A DNA stretch of 64,000 nucleotides from the human T2T-CHM13v2.0 reference genome, Homo sapiens. The stretch is taken from the NCBI RefSeq assembly GCF_009914755.1, contig NC_060933.1; one strand, given 5' to 3'. Positions 45,230-61,299 of the stretch are shown in pieces (position 1 is the stretch's first letter; each line of letters starts with the position of its first letter). A program made the position numbers and the translations under genes. The notes beneath the pieces are model-generated. The model was given only the letters and a program-made list of their open reading frames with translations, was not told the origin of the DNA and made no database searches.

Positions 45230-45759
45230 TGTGCCAGGTTGTATTTTCCCAAAAAGGTCACGTCCATATATATCCCAGCCCACAGCTCTTTGCTGATGAA
45301 GAGCCTGTGGTGCTCCTCCATTGAGAGATGAGGTCTGTGTTCCTCCCCTTGGGCTGGTGCACCTTATAAGTGCCTCATCCAACAGAATGTGCAGGGGACG
45401 ACACGACGTGACCTCAGAGGCTAGGCCAACCAAGGTAAGACAGCTTTCACCTGGTTCTCTCTCGGGAAATGTGCCTTGAATGACCTGAGCTGGCATGTAA
45501 GAAGTCCAGCCACCCTGGAGCCACCAGGCAGGAGAGACCACATGGAGACAGGAGGGGCACTCAAGGTACCCACTGACCCAACCCCACTGCTCCCCACGAA
45601 TGAGCAAGGGAGTTTCCAGAACAGCCCAGCCACCACAGCAGAGATGAGCGGTCCCCACCAAGCTCTTTCCGGATTGCAGATTTATGAGAAAAAGAAGTTC
45701 AGCTGTCTTTTTAGCTCATTAAGTTTGGAGGCAGTTATGCAACGTTGGTAACTAGCACA
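45230..45759 (+). mobile_element. MLT1G-like LTR
   Basis: tgtgccaggttgtattttcccaaa...catgtaagaagtccagccaccctggag...ttggtaactagcaca. Confidence 0.8.
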
Positions 45760-47498
45760 TCCCTCAGATGGTACACAGAAACCTCTGGGTGCCTGGGACA
45801 CCATGTGCAGGGAGCCAACCCAGTTGTCAGTCTCTCTAGGGACATTGCTCCTCCAACATTACTACAGCTCCTGGATAGGCAGAAAGTGGAGGCATTGGGT
45901 GAAGGTACCCAATGAGAAACACCAAGCCTGCCCAGGCCATGCAGGCAGAAACATGGCCTTGATCCTGAAGCTCCCGATTCCTTCAAGCCTCCCTTGATGT
46001 TTCTGTTACTTCTTGGATCCAGGGTTCTGCCCCAGAGAGGGATGTCCAGGACACATGTATCTGCTATGTGCTCCATGCCGAGTATCATCAACTTTCCTCT
46101 TCCTCATTCACATCAAATCCTGAATTCCCCTACCCACTGCATATCCAGCACATATTGCTCCAATGTGAAAGCTTTGTTTTTGGTATGTGAAGGCCGTGTT
46201 TGGACATGTAGAATTCCTTTTTACTTCAAATCCTGGCTGATTTTTAATTCACTGTCCTGCTAGACACTCAAAATTCTCCATCTCTCAAGCTTGGGGAATG
46301 GCTCTGTTATTCTCATTGGTAACCGGCTTTTCCCAAACGAAGGCCGTGGTTCCATTGGTGGGAACCCACCTCAGGAAAATAATATTCACAGGACATGAAA
46401 ACATGGCTGACACATTTCAGAAAACATACTTCCTGCTACACCAATATCTACTTTCTTTTGAGAGTTGGCGACTGATTTTTTATTAAACTCATTGAAACAG
46501 AAGAACTGCAAGGCTCACCAAACCAAAAATGTCACCTAACACAGTTCCCTGGAACAGTGGAGATAAGAATCCTGGTGCTCAGGGTGACATGTCTCCCAGT
46601 GGTCTGCATGGATGCTGCTGAAGCCACATTGTCACAACCCTCAGGTATAGCTCACAGACACCGTGACATCGAGTGGACTCCGACCCTCAGAGTGGAGCAG
46701 ATGCCCGTGGCGCTGTCCTTGCTCTGGGGAGAAATGGCTCTCATGGGGTCTCTGTAACTTTCTTTCCTGCCTGAGGTAGAATTGGAGGTGACAGGCCCTC
46801 CCTCTTCACACACAGCAATGCACTTGCTCTCCAGTGACTCCCAGATTGTTGCACCAGGACCTCTGAACTCCTGTCATTAACAAACTCCCCCATGCTCCCA
46901 ACCCCTCCCAGGCTTCACCTCCTGGCCTTCACGGGTCCCAACTCTCCTCTGAGGACCCACCTCCCTGCAGCCTTCTCAGGTAGAAGCTGGCCTGACCTCC
47001 CTTCCCACCTACTTCCAGGAGCGGACACAAGGTTGAGTTTAATTTTTTTCCGGTTTCTTCCCCACCCTCAAACAATGCTGCTTCAGGTTCTGGCCACTCT
47101 TTTCTTCACTTCCTCCCTGATTTTCTCCTGGACACTCCCTGGGCACCTTGTCACCTGGCATGAATATTGGTGGGCAGCAAGCACAGAACCCTTCTCTCCT
47201 TGGTCCCCTGGCTGCCAAAAACGGTGGTCTCCTCTTGGCTGGAGGCTCCCACAGCTAAGCCCCATGCTGCTCTGGGGACGGCCTGTGGAGCCAAGGAAGC
47301 CGCGTGGCTGGGTGGAGGGAGCGGAGCGTGTGTGAAATGTGAGGGGCCGAGGGGGCGGGGCTGCAGCGGATGTGCCATTGCAGGATTTTCAGCAAGTCCA
47401 TGACAGGATTGGGTGTACATTGTAAGCAATAGCCCTGGCTTCTCTATGGGAACTGAATTATAGAGAGAGAAATGACAGAAGACAGGGCCAGCTTGGAG

Positions 47499-47825
47499 TT
47501 TTTATTGTTTTTTTGCTTTTTTTTTTTTTTTTTTTTTTTTTGAGACAAAGTCTCGCTCTGTTGCCCAGGCTGTAGTGCAGTGGCGCGATCTCAGTTTACT
47601 GTAACCTCCGCCTTCCGGGTTCAAGCAATTATCTGCCTCAGCCTCCCCAGTAGGAGTAGCTGGGATTACAGGCACCCGCCACCACGCCTGCCTAATTTTT
47701 GTATTTTTAGTAGAGACGGGTTTCACCATGTTGGCCAAGCTGGTCTTGAACTCCTGACCTTGTGATCCACCCACCTCGGCCTCCCAAAGTGCTGGGATTA
47801 CAGGCGTGAACCACCGCGCCTGGCC
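47499..47825 (-). mobile_element. AluS
   Basis: Full dimer; TSD a(g/a)cttgga(g/a)tttt. Confidence 0.95.
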
Positions 47826-47979
47826 AACTTGGAATTTTGGAAGAGCAGTCCCTGCAAGAGATGAGGGAGGCTCAGGAAAGACAGATCAGATTGCAGGAGC
47901 CAGGAGGTCAACGTCGATTTCTCCTTCACTACACCCTTCATAGCCACTCCATTGGCAAGCACTGTGGATTCCATTTCCT

Positions 47980-48110
47980 TATTTTTAGCTTTATTAAGGT
48001 ATAGTTGACAAATTTTTAAAATGTATACGTTTTGTCATACAACATGATGCTTTGATGTATACATGCATTGTGAAATGATGAAATCTGCCAATCAACATAG
48101 CCATCCCCAA
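47980..48110 (-). mobile_element. L1MA 3' terminal fragment
   Basis: agctttattaaggtatagttgacaaat...tacaacatgatg...cattgtgaaatgat. Confidence 0.75.
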
Positions 48111-49469
48111 TGTTCTATTCTTTGTCTCCTACTGTAGCTCTACCTGCAGGTCCTTAGGTCGAATGGTGATGCCTAGGGGGCATCAGGATTTCTCTGTGCC
48201 AAGGGAACTGGAGAATTGGGGCTGTTTTCTGCTTCCCAGGTCTGACCTATGCATGTTGGTGCTTGGCTGCCTCTCACATCCCCTCTCTGTGGTGACCTCC
48301 GCATTACCCCAAACAGCTGCAGACAAAGCAGTAGGCCTGGCTCAGCTCCATGTGGCTGATTTGCTGGAGGGAGAAGCCATTAGGAGCCACTTAGGAAAAT
48401 GTTGAAGTGACAGCTTGGGGTGGGGTATACAGACATTTTTCCATTTAGCCTCTTCTCCTGCGGTTACAAGGGACTGTTCTGAATCGCACACAGCAGGGTC
48501 TGTACAGTCACCAATAAATGGAGCTGCAGGCAGCATATTGCAGAACACTGGAGTTAGAATACATCCTAGAAAAGAGCTTTGCTTCCCAGAATCTGTGCTT
48601 CTTCAGCACCTGGGATCAACAAACAGCCTGGAGGCTGCGTGTCACCAGGACACATAGCTGGGAGATGCTGACAAGGCCACTGACATTTTTGCCTTGAGGA
48701 CATTTGTTCAACCCCAGGCTATAGGAGCAGCTGAGGAAACTGCCAGGTAAAACCTCCATGGTGAAAATGATCTCTCATCATTCCTGCTACTAACAGCCTC
48801 CTTGAAGGATGCTCTACCTTAAACCCCTCATTAAAAAAAATTAAAACCTCACATTTGGACTCCCAAATGGTTGCTGCAGGCTTTGACCATCTACGGAATT
48901 TTAAAAAATATACATCAGGACTTGAAAAAGTCAAGCTGGTGGCTAATAAAAAATAAAACGTAGTAGTGTTCTGACAGGAGGCTGACAGTGCGTATTATGA
49001 GTGGGCTGCCTGGCTCTCCACTCACGAGTTACACTCAGAACAAAACTATTAGTACAGATACAGAGCTATAAAGTGAAGTGCAGGCAGAGAACAGGCCTTG
49101 GAATTCAGTCTGTAAAGCATGTCTTTCTGCAGAGCCCTTATTCCCACACACAGTGTTTACTAGAAACAAAAGCATGCTCCGGTAAAAGAAATGCTTTTTT
49201 GAAACAAACAGAAAATGACTAGTAATGGATGGAAATAGGTGGAAAACATTTTTTCTTTGATCCTGTTCCAAGAGTTAGAAAAAAGTAATTTAAACTCCAA
49301 CATGTGTATCTGGATTATTTCCCTCTTTGTAAATCCCAGAAATCTTTATTTTCTTTATATGAAGGCTGTACATCTTTTTTCAAAGTGGTGGTCTGAAAAT
49401 AGAGACCAGGTAAGTATTGTGTGTAGCCTTGAAAGGAATCTGATATTGAAGACAGACCAATGGTCAAAC

Positions 49470-49705
49470 TTAGACAGGTCCTGAGAAGCCAATCCCTGCC
49501 CAGCAGAGTTCACAGCTCTGTTCTATTCCCGGCTTAATCATTTCCAGTTGGTGGAAGTTTGGACAAACTGTTTAATCATTCCAGCCCTCAGTTTCCTCCC
49601 CTGTAAAGCGAATGAGCGTATAGCTCCTACTTCATGGATTATTCTGAGGTTAACAGTAGGTCACACGTGAGTTGTGCAGAACACAGCTCTAAGCACATCA
49701 TGCAC
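49470..49705 (+). mobile_element. MIR
   Basis: cctcagtttcctcccctgtaaagcg...cctacttcatggattattctgagg. Confidence 0.7.
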
Positions 49706-49709
49706 AGGC

Positions 49710-50300
49710 TTTTTGGTGTATCATCTTGGCTTAGCTACAATACAGTCCCAGAACTCCCTTCCTAGTATGTTTCTGGCTAAGGCAGGCTCCAAGGGATATT
49801 CCCTTGTGAGACCCGGAGGAAGCAGCCCATCGTGTAGCCTGCAGGCATCTTCTCCCAGGCATTCAATCAAACATGAACCTAGGTGCTGCTGTGAAGGGAC
49901 TCCGCCAGTGCCATTAAAATCCCTCATGGCTTGACCAAAGGTTAATCCAAAGTGAGATCATCCAAGTGGCTTGACAGAATCAGCTGGAGTCTTTAAAAGA
50001 GAGTTTAAGCTCCTTGATCTAGCAACTCTGAAAAGCAGCTGCATCTGAAATTGCTCTTCCATCCTTCCATATTCTCCTTGCTGACTGCTGTCTGTGGACA
50101 ACAGGCTTAGCACGTGCCTGTCAGGGTGTAGATTGCTGATGGCATTCCCTCCCTGCCTGTCCTGGGACCACAACTGCATCGTTTCATTTCTGGTCATCAA
50201 TCTGTTGATGTAATAAGTTCCTTAATGTTTTACCATACACATGTACATAAATACATATACCCTGCAGGTTCCTCTTATCTGGTTGAACCCTGACTGCTAG
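49710..50300 (+). mobile_element. MLT2E/F-like LTR
   Basis: attcaatcaaacatgaacctaggtgctgctgtgaaggga; ctggttgaaccctgactg. Confidence 0.7.
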
Positions 50301-50377
50301 GCATAGCAAGAAACATCCACTGTGTATGGTGTATATATTTTTTTGAGCTACAGCTACAGCTATCTTTTCCCTTTTAC

Positions 50378-50678
<301 letters not shown>

Positions 50679-50789
50679 CCCCTTTTACTCTTGTAATCTT
50701 TATATCTAGAAGTCCTAGTGCAAATGTAGACTTCCTATGGGAACGTGAAGTAATGGTTAGCTCTTTGAAATGGAGTGTCTTGACGTGCG

Positions 50790-51020
50790 ATTTCCAGGGG
50801 CTCCATAGCACTGTGTATAAGCTATACATTCTCATGATTTCATACAGATCTAAATAAAAATCCAGGTTCTGCCCTCAATTAATTGTGTGACTTTGGCAAT
50901 TCTTAATTTGTTTGTTGGAGCTGATGAGGCTGAACTAACAGTGTGGTTATGAGCACTAAAGGAAGTTATGTATATAAAACACCAACACGATGTGTAGCAC
51001 AGAGAAAGCTCTTTGAACAG
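50790..51020 (+). mobile_element. MIR
   Basis: aatccaggttctgcc...tgtgtgactttggcaattcttaa. Confidence 0.55.
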
Positions 51021-52273
51021 TAGCCGTGTTGTTGGTGCTGCAGCTGTTGATTCCCTCAATACCTTGGTGGGGGTAGAATCTACCCTTCAGCTAGTAAATG
51101 TTTAATGCTTTATTTTGATTTCCGTGGATTGGGGAAAGTGGTGAAAATGCTATCTTCAGCATCTTTTCAGCTCCATTACATGTCTCCAAAGGGCTGGGTC
51201 ACATTTACTCATGAGAAAGGAATAGAACCATAATCATTAACAGAACCTCAGAGCCAAAGCACTCATAGAATTAAGCCATAAACAGCCCGTAACAGGGAGC
51301 CCACGACAGTTCATAGCAGCAGAACAGATCATGGCAAAGCTCTTGTATCCACTGTAATGGGAGAAGTGGCTGATGTGACCGATTTCAGCAGGTCAGAGTC
51401 AGCTGTGCACACACGGCTTGGTGATGGTGGCTTCACCATCTACAGTAGGCAGCCTCTGCATGTAATGTAACCTCATCTGCAAGGCCTAAGCTGTGCTTGA
51501 GCAGAAGACAATGAGTGAGAACTTGTGTCATAAGTTACAGATTTAGCATTCAAATTCCCGCTATAAAATAGCTATTTTCTACTTTCACCCTAATAGAGAA
51601 CACAGCCCATTTGGGGCAGAAACATATTATTTTCTGCCATATAGTTCTAGAGTCCACTGTTACAGTTTATGATACCCTGTTTATTTCCTGTTAAACTTTG
51701 TCCAGCACTGGAAAGAATGAATTGGGTAATTTCTTTCTGAATTATCAGCATTATACACAGCCATATCTGTACTTTTGAATACATTGTTCTACCTCATTAT
51801 AAGACTGAAGAGAAGAAAGACTGGTAGTTTAAAAAATTAAAAAAATCTTTCCTGGAAATGTCAAAATCATTTACATTGAAAAGCTGCCTGGTATACCAAA
51901 CCTTCGTAGACGAGTTGAGGAGGTTTACTCAAAATGTTTCATAAAATTTGATTTAGATTTTAGAAGTCAAAGCATGAAATGAAATGAAATGGTAAATAGT
52001 TTAGCTAATGTCTATGGTACTTTGTTAATAGCTGTTAAGCGATTTTCTAATGTCACATTACATTAGTAAATTTACGTTTGCATCTAACTCGTTTTGTTCA
52101 CGAATTAAAAAGTTGACTGTTTAAACAAAATCCAAGAGCCTGCCCCTCCCATACTATGACACTGTCTTTTCCCTTCTTCCTTAAACTTATGTGATTTAGA
52201 TGATGGAGCTAAACCAAGAGTTTGACATTTAGTTAACATCTTAAAACTCACTGATAGAAGAATATCATTTCTA

Positions 52274-52568
52274 GGCCGGGAGCGGTGGCTCATGCCTGTA
52301 ATCCCAGCACTTTAGGAGGCCGAGGCGGGCGGATCACGAGGTCAGGAGATTGAGACTATCCTGGCTAACACGGTGAAACCCCGTCTCTATTAAAAATACA
52401 AAAAATTAGCTGGGCATGGTGGCACGCACCTGTAGTCCCAGCTACTCGGGAGGCTGAAGCGGAGAATTGCTTGAACCCAGGAAGTAGAGGTTGCAGTAAG
52501 CCAAGATCACGCCCCTGCACTCCTGCCTGGGTGACAGAGCAAGACTCCACCTCAAAAAAAAAAAAAAA
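52274..52568 (+). mobile_element. AluSc/Y-like
   Basis: ggatcacgaggtcaggagattgagactatcctggctaacacgg; TSD agaa(t/a)atcatttcta. Confidence 0.95.
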
Positions 52569-53730
52569 GAAAATCATTTCTATTAGAAATTGTTTCCCCC
52601 ACCTGAAGCACCCCTCCTCCTGCAGGTGTTCTATGTGCTAAATGTGACATTCTTCAGCTGAAACACATGCAGTGCAGGACCGTTTGGTTAAGTGAGTCAA
52701 ATGAGTCTACAAGGAGAAAGAGGTTCCTCTCACCCCTACTGCCACCCTCAGTTTCCAGAAATAATCTTGAGTGTTTCCTCTGCTATTTGCTTCTCTTATT
52801 TCACCATTTCCTATCTTTTCGTTGTAGATATTATCAGCTGACTTCCTTACATTAAAGACGAAGATTTTGCTGTCTGATACTGTTCACCCCATTGCACCCC
52901 TAAACCCTCACTCTTCCTTTGCCCACAACCTTCTCATTTCTATGGCGTAAGAAGGGGAATTGTATGGAATGAGTGGGCCTCCATCCGGGGAAGGCAGGAG
53001 GAAACTACTTTATACTCCCTCACTGCTCCTTCAACCCACGCTGCAATTTTCTCCTATTCACTCCTCCTTGAAATCTAGAGTAACCGCAAAATATTTCACA
53101 TCATTTTTAGATACCAAAAAGAATTCTGGTTACTCTATGTCACCCAATAAAATTCACGATGAAAATGTTTAGTTCAGTATAGTAGTCAGAACTTCAACAG
53201 AGTTAAAGCCATGCCTCCTCTTCCAGGACAGCCAGACTGCAGTGAGAAAGGAAAACAGGGTCTGACCCCTCACTTTCTCTCTTCTTTGTCCTTTTCTCTC
53301 CTTTTTCTGCCCCTCTCCCTCCAACCAGGAAAAAATACAGCTCCCCTGTGGAGTAAAACATTATTAATCATTTGGAGAAGGTTAATTGATGGATAAGGGT
53401 CTTGCTGTACTGCCATTGCTAGAACTTGTCAGCTGATTTCCAAGCTTGGCAGGTGTCTCTGTCTCTGTCTTTGTCTCTCTCCCTGTCTCTGTCAGTCCCC
53501 CTGGTGACTTCTTCATGGATTTTCCCATTGAAAATAACTGACTCAGCCCCTTGACCTGGGTGGTGCTTTGTGCTCAGAGCTCCTTTGACCCACATTTAAT
53601 GCCTTCAGCTTCTTCTGCTAAAATAACTTTCTTCTTGGGTGAGTCCCACTTGAAACCATCATTAGACTTCCTTCTTCTTAAATAGCTCATATCTAGTCCA
53701 TTGGAAATGTACATTTATGTTAAGAAAATA

Positions 53731-54020
53731 GGCCAGGTGTGATAGCACATGCCTGTAATCCCAGCACTTTGAGAGGCCAAGACAGGAGGATTGCTTGATC
53801 CCAGGAGCTTGAGATCAGCCTGGAAAACAAAAGGAGACTCCATTTCTACAAAAACTTAAAAACTAGCCAGGTATGGTGGTGCACTCCTGTTGTCCCAGCT
53901 ACTCAGGAGGCTGAGGTGGGAGGATCGCTCGTGCCCAGGAGTTGGAGGCTACAGTGAGCTAAGATTTCTCCACTGCACTGTAGCCTGGGAAACAGAGGGA
54001 GACTCTGTCTCTTTAAAAAA
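53731..54020 (+). mobile_element. AluJ
   Basis: ggaggattgcttgatcccagg; ggaggctacagtgagc. Confidence 0.9.
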
Positions 54021-54040
54021 CTGTTTTACATTTAGAAATA

Positions 54041-54353
<313 letters not shown>

Positions 54354-54904
54354 ATTTTGTTTAAAGTAGGTAGCATGTTCTCTCAATGTCAAACGAGCCT
54401 CAGTCCACCCAGTCATCTTATCCACATGCTCATTTATCATGCTTTCTAGATACACCCCACTCCTTAAATGTTCTTTGTGCCAGCCTTATCATCTCACTGG
54501 CTCCTTCACAGATTAATGAGTTGAATCAAATCTCTGATGTGCGTTCATCTATGTGCTTCTATGGAAGTCATGCTTCAGACCTTTTAAAAATTATATTCTA
54601 TCACCTGCATCTGTAAGTGTACACATCCCATATAAAGTGCTTCTTTTCTCTCAATGTCCACAACTTCTTACTCCGAAATTTTTTCAAGTATAAGCTCAAC
54701 ACTGGCCAATTGCCTCCATTTAGATTCAAGGAAGCCACTCAGATCTCTCTGATCAGACTTCAGGTCTCTCTAAGCTAAGCCAAGTGGATATGACATTCTT
54801 CTTCCTCCCTGTGAGAGGTGAACATACTCCAGTCCTCTAAATACATCACCAAAAACTTATTTCTTGTATGCCTTAGTTCTAAGGTCCTAAGTTAGCAACA
54901 CATT

Positions 54905-55279
54905 TGATACGGTTTGGCTCTGTGTCTCCACCCAAACCTCATCTTGATTTGTAATTCCCATAATCCCCACATATCGAGGGAGGGACCTGGTAGAAGGTGA
55001 CTGGCTCATGGGGAGTGGGGTTTCTCCCATGCTGTTCTCACGATAGTGAGTGAGTTCTCATGAGATCTGATGGTTTTGTAAGAGTTTGACAATTCCTCCC
55101 TCACATGCTCTCTCTCACCTGCCGCCATGTAAGAGTGCCTGCTTCCCCTTCCCACATGATTCTAAGTTTCCTGAGGCCTCCCCAGCCATGTGGAACTGTG
55201 AGTCAATTAAACCTCTTTCTTTTACAAACTACCCAGTCTCTGGCAGTTCTTTATAGCACTACGAAAATGGACTAATACA
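54905..55279 (+). mobile_element. THE1C/D solo LTR
   Basis: tgatacggtttggctctgtgtc...gaactgtgagtcaattaaacctcttt...ggactaataca. Confidence 0.9.
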
Positions 55280-55289
55280 TTATATATAC

Positions 55290-56350
<1,061 letters not shown>

Positions 56351-56443
56351 CCTAGTTAAGTGCAAGGCATGGGAAGTGTTGCTTTCCTTGCTGGGCATCT
56401 CCAGCCCCATGGTTGGAGTCAACTTTCTTGAATGGAGACAACT

Positions 56444-56792
<349 letters not shown>

Positions 56793-57261
56793 CTGGAGTC
56801 GGCTTTCCTTAGGGCTTCTCTCTGCAAGTCCTGTCTGTCAGGTAGGAAAGTAACCATTCTGCCCTCTGATTTCTAATTTCCGAACGCCTTCCCGGGGTAG
56901 TCTCCTCTCCTGCTCTTTGTCTTTGTGGGCATTACACATTCCCCTCCTTACTTGATCTAAGCAGATTTAGGTTCAGAAGCCCAATCTGCCATGTTTAATC
57001 AGAGGTCTTATCAATTCATTCTTCTGTCTCTAAGGTGATTGCGTTGTTACTTTTGTGAAATTTAGATGCTTTGTATTTTAATCCAAAAGGACAAATCCAA
57101 AAGAGATTCATGTCACAATTAGAATGGTAAATTTTTTTAAATTACCCTAAATAATAAAGCTTCGTGACTCTTCTACTATGCCCATTTTATATTTAAATGA
57201 CTGAAAATAAGATTCGAGGCATTATTGTCTTCACAGACAACCTGGTAGACTTGGGAGCCTA

Positions 57262-57566
57262 TTTTATTCTATTTTATTTTATTTTTAAGACGGAGTCTTG
57301 CTCCGTGGCCCAGGCTGGAGTACAATAGCACCATCTTGGCTCACTGCAACCTCCGCCTCCAGGGTTCAAGCGATTCTCCTGTCTCAGCCTCCTGAGTGGC
57401 TGGGATTACAGGTGCCTGCCACCATGCCCAGCTAATTTTTGTATTTTTAGTAGAGATGGGATTTCACCATGTTGGTCAGGCTGGTCTTGAACTCCTGACC
57501 TCGTGATCCACCTGCCTCGGCCTCCCAAAGTGCTGGGATTACAGGCATGAGCCATCGCACCCAGCC
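57262..57566 (-). mobile_element. AluS
   Basis: TSD gggagcc(t/a)attttat. Confidence 0.95.
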
Positions 57567-57643
57567 AGGGAGCCAATTTTATCAGCAGACTGTCAATCAC
57601 ATCATTCATCATAATTCTTTTCTCACCATTTAAAAAGGAATCA

Positions 57644-57964
<321 letters not shown>

Positions 57965-59468
57965 GGAATCAGTCCTTTTCTGTACCCAACACATGCAGCA
58001 TCTGTGCAACTTCAGCTGCTATATATCCCCTACAGTGAATTCCGTCACAGCTCAAATGAGGAGCCTGGGGGTTTTCTGTTCGCTTCTAACACAGTCTCAT
58101 TTTTCCCATGTCTCTCTTTTATTTCTAGTTCATCAAGGGATCAACTATCTTGGTTCCTCTTCTGCACCTGCAGGCGAGATTCAACCTTTTCCATAACTTC
58201 CGCTCCATCTGCCAGTCAGATGGGTCTCTTTCCCTCACCTTTGGGCTCCAGGGTGTTCTCCCACCACAAAACCTCCTCCACAAAAGCTGCTCCCTATTCC
58301 TAGACAAAATGCGGGCCTCTCTACCTTCATTTCCTCTTCACTCTTTTTCTACCCTCGACTTAAACCATCTGCAAGGAAGTGATTGTGACTGAGGTTTCTT
58401 AACTTGCACACAAATTCTCATGTATTTGGGAATGTATCATTTGCATCACAAATGCCCCTGCATGCATAGATCCCAGAGAAATGCTCTAAGAAAGCCTTCT
58501 CTAAGTTATTTAAGACACACTAGCCCAATGATTTCAGACGTAAATTCCTTGTGACTGATGATCATGGCAAGACTCCTCACATGTTGGCTGGTACCCATTT
58601 ACCTGCTTCAGTGTCAAAATCCTCGTGGGGATGCAGCAGGTGGTACACAGAACTTCCAGCACCCAGCGCTAGATGACCAACTGGCTGTCAGAGATGAACA
58701 ACCTTTATATTTGTGCATTTCACATGCTGAAATAAGGTGGGTTCATGTATTCCCAGAGGAAATGAGCCTCATAACATAGCCCAGTGCAGTAGGAGAAACA
58801 AACAAATAACTATTCAAAATATGGTAGAATTTTTTTTAGGAAACATGTGCTTTGTAGAATCAACATAGATTAAAACTATGTAGGAAGCATGTAATGGTAT
58901 AGGAACAATTTTGCTTCTGGCTAGACTATAGCTCTGCCACATCCATAGGACTCACCTGTCAAACAAAAGAGCTCCCATAACATCCTCTCCTGCTACAAGG
59001 ACCATAGAGCCTGCATTAACAAATGGATGCTGTGCATGTTTATTTTTTTTTCTTTTGCTACCGGATCTTAGATGAGGAAAGATCTTGATTCTCCAAATAT
59101 GTAAGCTCACTGAGCTCTTAATAAAATCATCTATCATAGCTTAATATTAGAATTTAAAATGAGCGAAAACATTCAAAGAAATGCAATGAGCTTCATCAGT
59201 TGTAAATTTAATGTAAATTTTAAGAAATTGCATAACTGGTTTGAGTGTTAATTATTTTTCTAGTAACATTGTAAAGTGTCAGTGCCCTTGTCTTTTGGGT
59301 AAAAACATTGTCTCTTCATCTGGAGTAGATACAATTGGATAACTGGGATCAGGACAGAGTGTAGAATTTAACATACCTGTTGGGCTTCCCACGACTAAGG
59401 TCCTTACTGGCTGCTGGAGGATGGAAGCTGTTTCCCAGCTGCCAGGGTGTGAAGGATGGTCCTGACTG

Positions 59469-59487
59469 CCTCCAGCAGGGGGTGCCC
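59469..59487 (+). promoter_or_regulatory. CTCF-like motif
   Basis: cctCCAGCAGGGGGTGCCC versus core CCASYAGRKGGCRC; motif match only. Confidence 0.4.
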
Positions 59488-59519
59488 AGTGATCAGAAGC
59501 TAATAAATGAGGTCCATTA

Positions 59520-59879
<360 letters not shown>

Positions 59880-61186
59880 TCACTTGCCTGGAAGCCAGCA
59901 GTGGCAGAGAGACTGGGCAAGTGTGCTGTGGGCCTTCTGGCAGAGTCCTGGCCTTTGTTTCTGACTCTTTCATGCCCTGAACACTTGCCTCTTCACCATC
60001 AGACTCTAAACTCCTTGCTGACCAGCTGAGTTTACTCATTTTGACCTGAGCCGAGGAAAAGCAGCAACTCAGAAATCTTTAAAGTTGAAGGGCCACCCTA
60101 TTAGAACATAGGCTGTGTCTGCTCAATTATAAGCATGACTTGATCAAAGCAAACTCAGCCTTAAGATACTCTATGTAGGGAGAGGTGAGGAGGCATATCT
60201 GCGATTAGGAAGCAGAGGTGGGTAGCATCAGGGAGGGTGAGGCACTGAGCTCCACGCTCATAAAACAAAGTAGGGCCATCTCACAGTGGCTGCAAACCAT
60301 CTGGGTCCAACAAAATATCACTGTCAGTGGGGCCCTGGTCACCTGGCCATGCGGCTTTGCCACAGGTCCCTGCTATTGTTATCACTCTGCCGTAAAAAAA
60401 AAAAAATTAGAGTCATCTCAAAAGATAAAATAATCATCCACAGAAGAGAGGTTGTCCCTGGTGAGCTGTCCTAACCCAAGGTGGTTTTCATGGTTCCAGG
60501 ACATTCAGTGCAAAAGTCCTGGACACAGATGCAACAATCAATATTACTTTGTTTAATCCCTTGCCATATTTAAAGCTGGGCAGAGAATGCATTAAAATTA
60601 GAATCAATCTCAACAAGAAAAGAATAGAATGACCTCAAAAATCCCTGCTTAACCTTTTTTATTTTGGCTTCCATCAACAAATGACAGCTTTCATTACCCT
60701 GGAAAGTACACTGGAATTTGTCACTAACCTGCACTTTGCCAATGCAAACCTATACAATAAATTTACCAGTAAAATGCAAACTTATAAAAGAAATTTAGGA
60801 ATAGAGAAATCATAGTATTTACAGCTTGATCAAAATGTTCTTTTTTACCAAAGAAAAGCTGCTGGTGTAACATAAACTTGCTTTACGTTTTCTTTGTAAT
60901 TTACACATTCCAATTATAATCTCGAAAAATACCTTCTTACAATTTTAGAGAAACCTACAGGTAAAACAATCTAAGGCCCAGAAAGTGAAAGTACTTGGCC
61001 AATTTCACACAATTGAAACTGGACCAATAGCTCCTACCTCTGACCTGGAACCAAGAATGAGACAATTGGTGAACCTCATTAAAATATTGGCAGATGTGGA
61101 ATTACTTCCTTTTCAAAGTTAAATAATATCTCTTCAATCTTCTATTATCAAGAATTTTTAAATTGATGTCTCTCTTTTTTTAATTG

Positions 61187-61285
61187 TGTTATGGTCTGAA
61201 TGTGTTCCTGGAAAATTTGTATGTTGATGTCCAGACCCCAGTGCAATAATATTAATAGGTGGGGCCTTTAGGAGGTGATTAGGTA
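61187..61285 (+). mobile_element. MSTD/MLT1A LTR 5' fragment
   Basis: tgttatggtctgaatgtg...ggtggggcctttaggaggtgattaggt. Confidence 0.75.
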
Positions 61286-61299
61286 ATAAATGAATGACC

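Noticed and set aside
46892-47335. 147-aa ORF (and the 164-aa ORF at 45167-45661)
   Set aside because: Low-complexity P/L/W composition or overlap with the MLT1G LTR; no domain or exon structure
51845-51985. Protein-looking frame KIIYIEKLPGIPNLRRRVEEVYSK
   Set aside because: No splice sites or start context and no recognised homology
52829-52947. Plus-strand exon-like segment with a strong acceptor
   Set aside because: Resembles T-rich antisense HAL1/L1ME-type sequence, where such acceptors arise by chance
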